From positions 9,405 to 23,746 of the forward strand of contig JAYEOX010000133.1 in NCBI GenBank assembly GCA_034723415.1: a stretch of 14,342 bases of DNA. The letters run 5' to 3'. The position numbers and the translations under genes were made by a program. This document shows positions 8,377 to 14,342 of this stretch, in pieces. The DNA comes from Fidelibacterota bacterium. Lineage in GTDB: Bacteria; Fidelibacterota; Fidelibacteria; Fidelibacterales; Fidelibacteraceae. The number at the start of each line of letters is the position of its first letter. The first letter of the stretch is position 1. Below the pieces are notes generated by a model. It did no database searches. It was not told where the DNA came from and saw only the letters and a list, made by a program, of their open reading frames with translations.

Positions 8377-9061
8377 AATAAAAAATCTTTTTTATAAATA
8401 TTCGGATGGAACTGTTGGATTAAATAAAGTTAGTATGGAAATTCCTCCCGAGAGAACCTTTGTAGTTCTTGGTGAAAGTGGATCAGGTAAAACGACATTT
8501 TTACGCTGTTTGGGAAGATTTCTTATTCCTCAGTCGGGATCTATTTCCTATTACGATGAAAATATAAGAAATATGGATAATAAAAAATTCAGACAGACCA
8601 TTGGTATAATATTTCAGCGGCTACACCTTTTCCCTCATATGACAATTTTGAAAAATATGTTTCTTGGACCTGTAAAAATCCTAAATAAAGATAGAAAAGA
8701 GACGGAAAAAGAAGCGTATAAAATGCTTGAAAGACTCGGTATTCCGGATCTTGCAAAAAATTATCCATCACAAATAAGTGGCGGACAAGCTCAGCGTGCA
8801 GCAATTGCACGCGGTCTGATGATGCATCCTAAAATAATGCTTTTGGATGAGCCAACTTCTGCATTGGATCTAAAAACTACTAATGATTTCGCAGAGTGGC
8901 TTAAAGAACTAAAAGAGGAAACAACTTTTATCGCAGTTACTCATGATATCCCTTTTGCGAAAAGAGTAGCTCAGCATGGTATCTGTTTAAATAAAGGTGA
9001 AATATCTTCATCCGGTGATATAAATAAAATAGCTTCTTATATGAGTACGGGTGATTATTAA
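8369..9061 (+). CDS. Amino-acid ABC transporter ATP-binding protein (GlnQ-like)
   Basis: Walker A GESGSGKTT, Q-loop IFQ, LFPHMT, signature ISGGQAQR, Walker B LLDEPTSALD and H-loop VTHD. The ATG at 8369 overlaps the upstream stop by 8 nt and is preferred over the TTG at 8363. Confidence 0.95.
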   Translation: MLKIKNLFYKYSDGTVGLNKVSMEIPPERTFVVLGESGSGKTTFLRCLGRFLIPQSGSISYYDENIRNMDNKKFRQTIGIIFQRLHLFPHMTILKNMFLGPVKILNKDRKETEKEAYKMLERLGIPDLAKNYPSQISGGQAQRAAIARGLMMHPKIMLLDEPTSALDLKTTNDFAEWLKELKEETTFIAVTHDIPFAKRVAQHGICLNKGEISSSGDINKIASYMSTGDY

Positions 9062-9129
9062 CTAAAATAAATTATTTAATTTAAAGTTAAAAAAATCATT
9101 CTGCTATTTGTAACCAGTTAACTAATTTC

Positions 9130-9894
9130 CTACTTCTCCTGCTTAAACATCCATTCCAATAATTTTGGATCGCCATAAGCATTATCCCAAGAATTGTGAG
9201 CAACACTATCGTATTCCGTAAATTTAGGATTTCCGCCTGCATTTTTTATAGCTTTGATCATATCACGAGTTCTCTGAGGATTTACAGTTCTATCTATCGA
9301 GCCATGAAATGCCCAAATTGGAATATTTTTAATTATATTTGCAGTTTTTACATCTCCACCACCGCATACCGGAGCTGCTGCTGCAAACATATCCGGATAT
9401 CTTGCAATCAGATCCCAAGTTCCAAATCCGCCCATTGATAAACCTGTAACATAAATTCTGTCTTTATCAATATTATATTGTTTTTCAAAAGAGTCAATTA
9501 ACTTCATCAATAATCTTACTGATTCTGACGGATTTTCCGGCATTGTGTGTTTATCAAGATCCCAATCAACTTCTACCCACCTCTGCCCTTCAGGACATTG
9601 AGGAGCAATCACAAAACAAGGATATTTTTCTAAATTTATATCTGTTTCAAAAATTTTCGCACCATGTATAAGTTGTTTCATATTATCTTGACCGCGTTCG
9701 CCTGCACCATGCAAAAACACAACCAATGGATATTTTGTATCTTTATTATAATTTGCCGGTTTCAATAATCTATAAAGTAACATCTTACCATCTTTTTCAT
9801 TTTTGAATTTGTGTGCTTCAAATTTTGTGCCTTTCTTTCCACAGCCAAAAATCATTAGCAGCATAACAAACATAATTACTCCCTTAAATTTCAT
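9130..9894 (-). CDS. Lipoprotein alpha/beta-hydrolase (carboxylesterase/phospholipase, COG4099-like)
   Basis: YPLVVFLHGAGERG, APQCP, YVTGLSMGGFG, FHGSIDRTV and HNSW. Lipobox IFGC at residue 18. AAAGGAG Shine-Dalgarno. Confidence 0.9.
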   Translation of the reverse strand: MKFKGVIMFVMLLMIFGCGKKGTKFEAHKFKNEKDGKMLLYRLLKPANYNKDTKYPLVVFLHGAGERGQDNMKQLIHGAKIFETDINLEKYPCFVIAPQCPEGQRWVEVDWDLDKHTMPENPSESVRLLMKLIDSFEKQYNIDKDRIYVTGLSMGGFGTWDLIARYPDMFAAAAPVCGGGDVKTANIIKNIPIWAFHGSIDRTVNPQRTRDMIKAIKNAGGNPKFTEYDSVAHNSWDNAYGDPKLLEWMFKQEK

Positions 9895-9930
9895 TTTATC
9901 TCCTTTTTTATATAATTAAATTTAATAATT

Positions 9931-10884
9931 CTAAATTTTTTCTACAAATTCACTGTCTTTTTTATCAATTTTTTTCGAGTCAAATGATCTGAAGATCAAT
10001 GAAATAAAAATTATTACCAGCATTATGATATTTAAAACAATAATTAACTGAATAAAAGCATCATTTGCAGAATATTTATTTAAATAAATTAAGATATTCT
10101 CAACAGAAATTATTTGTGAAAAAACCAATAACGAAATAAATAAAATATTCAAAAATGAGTCTATATAGTCGTATAAAACAGGAGCAATAAATTTGATCAA
10201 TATAAAACTACCAATAAAAGATGCAAAAAATAACAATATCATTTTAGGAACAAGAAGCAAAATAACACTTCCCCAAAAATCACTTTTATTAATAACTTTT
10301 ACAATACCACTCAAGGCAAAATTCCCATTTGAATAATAAATGAATTGTACAGATAAAATATTCATTATTATCAAAAATATTACCGAATAAATTAATATAT
10401 CTTTTAAATTTCTTTTGTATATTTTTCTATGCTTTACATTAATTCTGACGATCATTGATTCCATTCCAAAATTACATAAAAACCCGTAAATAGCATATAT
10501 CACACAATATAATCCAAAACTGATGAGATACTTTACATCACCAATAGTATTAAATTTACTAATTACTAAATAAAATATGATCAATATTGAAATAATTAAA
10601 AAAGATATTAGCCACGACTTTCCCGAATTATAATAATTTTCAATTTTGTTAAAACCATTCTTATAAAAATTTAATTTAAACGGAACAGTAAATCTTTTAT
10701 TTAAAAAACTCAATATAAAATAGTGTGTTACCACAATTGATAAAAATGCAAAAATGCTTAAATAATTCTTTAAAATATTTATCTCATTAATAATATAAAT
10801 GAAAATAAAAGGCAAGAGAAAAAATAGTGGTAAAATTATTTTTAAGTATATATCATTAAATATTTTTTTACTATTATCACTCAT
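9931..10884 (-). CDS. Hypothetical polytopic membrane protein (about 8 hydrophobic segments)
   Basis: 317-aa open frame in very AT-rich DNA, alternating hydrophobic stretches and Lys-rich loops, upstream AGGA. I recognise no family motif. Confidence 0.7.
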   Translation of the reverse strand: MSDNSKKIFNDIYLKIILPLFFLLPFIFIYIINEINILKNYLSIFAFLSIVVTHYFILSFLNKRFTVPFKLNFYKNGFNKIENYYNSGKSWLISFLIISILIIFYLVISKFNTIGDVKYLISFGLYCVIYAIYGFLCNFGMESMIVRINVKHRKIYKRNLKDILIYSVIFLIIMNILSVQFIYYSNGNFALSGIVKVINKSDFWGSVILLLVPKMILLFFASFIGSFILIKFIAPVLYDYIDSFLNILFISLLVFSQIISVENILIYLNKYSANDAFIQLIIVLNIIMLVIIFISLIFRSFDSKKIDKKDSEFVEKI

Positions 10885-10916
10885 TTTTACTTTCCTATTT
10901 TTAAATTTCCTAAATT

Positions 10917-10951
10917 AAAGAAACAACGGACATTATATCCGTTGTTTCTTT
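10917..10951 (-). terminator. Rho-independent terminator after fbaA, possibly bidirectional
   Basis: Perfect 14-bp inverted repeat AAAGAAACAACGGA (10917-10930) / TCCGTTGTTTCTTT (10938-10951) with a 7-nt loop and U-rich 3' arm, 39 nt downstream of the fbaA stop. Confidence 0.85.
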
Positions 10952-10990
10952 GTAGTTTTCTATTTCATAAATTCATACTCAAAATTTACA

Positions 10991-12082
10991 TTAAAATAAA
11001 TAGCTAAATTTTCCAAAAGAATTCAGTTCTTTAAATGCCTGCAAAAGCCGCCTAATAAATCCTTTTTCACCTTCGATCAGCCATTTACGAGGATCATATA
11101 TTTTTTTATTTGGAGCATCTTCACCTTCAGGATTTCCAATTTGACCTTGCAAATATGCATCTTTTTCGTCCATATAATCCTTTATCGGTTTAGTAAATGC
11201 CCACTGCGTATCCGTATCAATATTCATCTTAATCACACCGTAAGAAATTGCTTCTTCTATTTTTTCGGGTTCAGAACCCGATCCACCATGAAATACAAAA
11301 TTCACAGGTTTATCAGAATCGGTATTAAATTTTTCTTTTATATGTTCTTGAGAATTTTTTAAAATTTCAGGTGTAAGTTTTACATTTCCCGGTTTATAAA
11401 CTCCGTGAACATTCCCAAATGAAGCGGCAATTGTGAATAAAGGACTAATATTTTTTAACTCTTCATAAGCAAATGCAACATCTTCCGGCTGTGTATATAA
11501 TTTTGAATTGTCCATATCTGTATTATCAACTCCATCTTCTTCCCCACCTGTGCAACCAAGTTCAATCTCCAATAACATATCAATTTTACTCATTCTTTTT
11601 AAATATTTTTTTGAAATTGAAATGTTGTCTTCCAAAGGTTCAACAGAAAGATCTAACATATGAGAGCTGAATAGTGGCTTTCCTGTCTCTTTATAATATT
11701 TTTCACCCTCATCCAATAAACCATCAATCCAAGGTAATTTTTTCTTTGCGGCATGATCTGTATGCAAAATAACCGAAACACCATAATGTTTTGCCATTTC
11801 GTGAATGTGTTTTGCTCCCGCGACTGCACCGGCAATTGCTCCTTTTTCATTTTCATTTCCCAACATTTTCCCGGCATTGAACAATGCTCCGCCATTTGAA
11901 AATTGGATCATTATTACCGACTTTGCTTCTTTAGCTGCTTCTAAAGCTGCATTAATTGTATTTGATCCAATTACATTAACAGCCGGAAATGCAAATTTAT
12001 TCTCTTTTGCATATTCCAATACTTCTAATAATTTCTCACCGGTTATTACTCCCGATTCTAATTTTGGTTTTCGTAAACTCAT
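10991..12082 (-). CDS. fbaA: Fructose-bisphosphate aldolase, class IIA
   Basis: QFSNGG, LHTDH, FSSHMLDLS, ELGCTGGEEDG, FGNVHGVYKPGNV, FHGGSG, KMNIDTDTQWA and YDPRKW. AAAGGAG Shine-Dalgarno. Confidence 0.98.
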   Translation of the reverse strand: MSLRKPKLESGVITGEKLLEVLEYAKENKFAFPAVNVIGSNTINAALEAAKEAKSVIMIQFSNGGALFNAGKMLGNENEKGAIAGAVAGAKHIHEMAKHYGVSVILHTDHAAKKKLPWIDGLLDEGEKYYKETGKPLFSSHMLDLSVEPLEDNISISKKYLKRMSKIDMLLEIELGCTGGEEDGVDNTDMDNSKLYTQPEDVAFAYEELKNISPLFTIAASFGNVHGVYKPGNVKLTPEILKNSQEHIKEKFNTDSDKPVNFVFHGGSGSEPEKIEEAISYGVIKMNIDTDTQWAFTKPIKDYMDEKDAYLQGQIGNPEGEDAPNKKIYDPRKWLIEGEKGFIRRLLQAFKELNSFGKFSYLF

Positions 12083-12128
12083 ACTTTCTCCTTTTTAATA
12101 TTTTTCATATCATTTAATATAATAATTA

Positions 12129-12216
12129 ATTTAGCAACTAACAAAAAATAATAACAATTAACTTATTATTTTATTTAGCAACCAACAAAATCTAACAACA
12201 ACTAACTTATTATTTT
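12129..12216. repeat. 44-bp tandem duplication
   Basis: 12129-12172 and 12173-12216 match at 39/44 positions, both starting ATTTAGCAAC and ending TAACTTATTATTTT. Confidence 0.9.
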
Positions 12217-12380
12217 TGTTAAATAATAATTTTGTTCGTTGATAATTCTCATAGCTTTTCTTGTTTATTCTTATTAGTTTTCGTTTACCCTGTTAAGTGC
12301 GAAACATATTTAACTGGGGTTCATTGCAATCCATACATTTTATATCTGTTCGCTCTTGTTAGTTTTTGTTCGTTGCTAAA
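12174..12380. mobile_element. Putative non-autonomous MITE/REP-like element with 25-bp terminal inverted repeats
   Basis: TTTAGCAACCAACAAAATCTAACAA (12174-12198) matches the reverse complement of 12356-12380 (TTTAGCAACGAACAAAAACTAACAA) at 23/25. Further partial copies lie inside. The repeats are observed; mobility is inferred. Confidence 0.5.
12286..12321. repeat. Imperfect palindrome (REP-like hairpin)
   Basis: ACCCT-GTTAAGTG-cgaaaca-TATTTAAC-t-GGGGT folds into a ~13-bp stem with G:T pairs and one bulge. It is locally GC-richer than its flanks. Confidence 0.6.
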
Positions 12381-14046
12381 AACCCGACTTTGTGTGAAAT
12401 CTTTCCAACTCTATCGTCTTTGCCCTTCTATCTACAATTTCACTCGGTCCGAAATACTGAATTGGTCCAGGATATATATAATAATTTTCTAATGCCCATT
12501 TTGATCTATTTTTAATTAACTCTTTAAATGGGTTCCCATCCAATTCCACAAGTGCTTTTCGAATAACAGTTTTGTTCTTGCCTTTTCTTTTCTCAATATT
12601 CATCATTGAAGTTAACGGCACTCCACCCGGCAGCCATTTCGAACTTTCAGAAGATAAATTCTTTATTGAAACCATATAACCTGTAATTTTTGAAACGATT
12701 AAAACCGTTGCTGAATATCCCAGCGAATATGTATAGTCCGCATCAAAATTCGTCGGTGCTGCACATCTACCTTCATAACCGAAAAAGTGATTTCTTGTTG
12801 AAAATTTTCCATTATATTTTCCTGCTTTCTTGTATTGACTCAACCTATTCCCAACAAGGTCTATTAATAATTTTTCCGTTTCGATCACAGATACTTGAAC
12901 ATTCCCATGTGGATCTCTTTCCATTATCATTTGATATGCGATATCCTTTGGTAATATTTCGTAAGTATTTTTTAGTTCATTTCCTAATTTTGATAAGACA
13001 AATTTTCTCTTTTCTTCCAATTCATCTATCTTTTCAAATTCAACTTTATTCTCTTCCAGTAAATTATTTAAAGTTGCGATCAATTTTTTCATATCGGGAA
13101 TAAATTCTATTAACCCTTCCGGAATTATTACAACTCCAAAATCTTTTCCGGCATCAGATCGTTTTACAATCACATCTGCAATGTATTCAACTACATCTTG
13201 CAGTGAATAATTTTTCTTCTCAACTTCTTCTGAAATTATTGTGATATTTGCATGCGTCTGCAATCCACATTCCAAAGCAATATGAGAAGCCGATCGCCCC
13301 ATCAATTTTATGAAATGATAATATTTTTTTGCAGAATTTGCATCTCTTTGAATATTTCCTACAAGTTCGCTATAAACTTTTGTAGCAGTGTCAAAACCAA
13401 ATGATGCTTCGATCATCTCGTTCTTCAGATCGCCGTCTATCGTCTTTGGCACACCGATAACCTGTACTCCTGAATTATTCTTTTCATAATATTCTGCTAA
13501 AATTCCGGCATTTGTATTTGAATCATCACCACCAATTACAACTAAAGCTGAAATATTCAACTTCTTTAAATTAACCAATACTTTTTCAAACTGATCTTCA
13601 CTTTCCAATTTAGTTCTTCCCGAGCCGATAATATCAAAACCGCCGGTATTCCTGAATTCATTTATTAATTCTTCTGACATTTTAATATATTTGTTGTCAA
13701 TTAATCCGGACGGACCGCCGAGAAATCCGAACAACTTACTTTCGCTGTTAAGCTCCTTGAGTGAATCAAAAAGCCCTGCAATTACATTGTGTCCACCCGG
13801 AGCTTGTCCACCGGATAATATTACTGCAACATTTATCGGTTTATTTTCTTGTTTCTCACCCGCTTCAAAATTTATCATCGGTAAACCAAAAGTATTTGGA
13901 AAAATGCTCTTCAATTCTTCGGCATCTGAAACCGAACTTGTCTTTTTTCCTTCAACTACTTTTACCGAATTTACATTTTTCAAAACGCTTGGCAATTTCG
14001 GTTTATATTCGTATCGTGCTTTTTGTAATTTTGATATGTTGTTCAT
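12376..14046 (-). CDS. pfp: Pyrophosphate-dependent phosphofructokinase, long (~60 kDa) type
   Basis: SGGQAPGGHN, GGFD, GGDDSNT and PKTIDGD (PPi-type determinants), LMGRSASH, PEGL, RDPHGN and GYEGR. 556 aa, with an AAGGA Shine-Dalgarno. Confidence 0.97.
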   Translation of the reverse strand: MNNISKLQKARYEYKPKLPSVLKNVNSVKVVEGKKTSSVSDAEELKSIFPNTFGLPMINFEAGEKQENKPINVAVILSGGQAPGGHNVIAGLFDSLKELNSESKLFGFLGGPSGLIDNKYIKMSEELINEFRNTGGFDIIGSGRTKLESEDQFEKVLVNLKKLNISALVVIGGDDSNTNAGILAEYYEKNNSGVQVIGVPKTIDGDLKNEMIEASFGFDTATKVYSELVGNIQRDANSAKKYYHFIKLMGRSASHIALECGLQTHANITIISEEVEKKNYSLQDVVEYIADVIVKRSDAGKDFGVVIIPEGLIEFIPDMKKLIATLNNLLEENKVEFEKIDELEEKRKFVLSKLGNELKNTYEILPKDIAYQMIMERDPHGNVQVSVIETEKLLIDLVGNRLSQYKKAGKYNGKFSTRNHFFGYEGRCAAPTNFDADYTYSLGYSATVLIVSKITGYMVSIKNLSSESSKWLPGGVPLTSMMNIEKRKGKNKTVIRKALVELDGNPFKELIKNRSKWALENYYIYPGPIQYFGPSEIVDRRAKTIELERFHTKSGF

Positions 14047-14332
14047 TGTTGTTCCTTATTATTTTTTATATATTAAGTTATACATAATATAAAAATAAAT
14101 GATATGATAATCAAACTAAACTGAAAAATATTATTCTATGAAAGTTAAAGAAAAAAATAAAAAAACTTACATTATTAAAAATAAATACTTATTTTGTAAA
14201 AGTAGCTTTGAAATTTTAGAATGAAAAGGAAAATAAATTTACAGAATTGTTGCCGGTGGATTTTCTGATAATAAAAAGTTAATTTTACTTAAATAGAGAA
14301 ATGTTAAAAAAATATCTAAGGAATTAAAATTT

Positions 14333-14342
14333 ATGAAAAAAT
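14333..14342 (+). CDS. Possible start of the next gene (MKK...), truncated by the window end
   Basis: AAGGA at 14318-14322 followed by ATG AAA AAA at 14333, after an AT-rich spacer divergent from pfp. Confidence 0.35.

Noticed and set aside
9062..9129. Terminator between the convergent ATPase and esterase genes
   Set aside because: Only a short AT-rich palindrome (AGTTAACT) is present, with no stable hairpin.
12129..12380. Possible CRISPR array
   Set aside because: Copies are imperfect and in both orientations, the tandem units have no unique spacers, and there are no cas genes.
12232..12492. 86-aa + strand ORF
   Set aside because: TTG start, runs through the repeat mosaic and antisense into pfp. 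Best explained as translation of repeat DNA.
1876..14092. Short alternative-frame or antisense ORFs (1876, 2153, 5069, 5534, 7504, 7683, 8589, 9196, 11141, 11473, 11653, 11805, 12690, 13691, 13761)
   Set aside because: All lie wholly or almost wholly over well-supported genes and show no motifs. They are shadow ORFs.

Overview
AT-rich bacterial window (GC roughly 28-30% by eye, not computed) that is mostly housekeeping and metabolic. On the - strand is a tightly spaced five-gene run: dxs, a PHP-family phosphoesterase, an iron-containing alcohol dehydrogenase, a two-domain NifU-like Fe-S scaffold and a NifS/IscS cysteine desulfurase, followed by a probably secreted alpha/beta-hydrolase. Divergent from dxs is a two-gene polar amino-acid ABC importer (binding protein-permease fusion plus ATPase). 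A second - strand block contains long-type PPi-dependent phosphofructokinase (pfp), class IIA aldolase (fbaA), a clear intrinsic terminator, an unassigned polytopic membrane protein and a lipoprotein esterase. I see no RNA genes, CRISPR array, transposase or defence system. The most unusual signal is non-coding. The pfp-fbaA spacer is a mosaic of inverted and direct copies of a ~25-bp motif (MITE/REP-like); one copy supplies the pfp stop codon, and another appears split by a 36-bp palindromic insert flanked by a GTT duplication. Also notable are the NifU lacking its Nfu domain, a CCxxC motif in NifS and an 8-bp tandem repeat. The sequence alone does not establish a new biological system.
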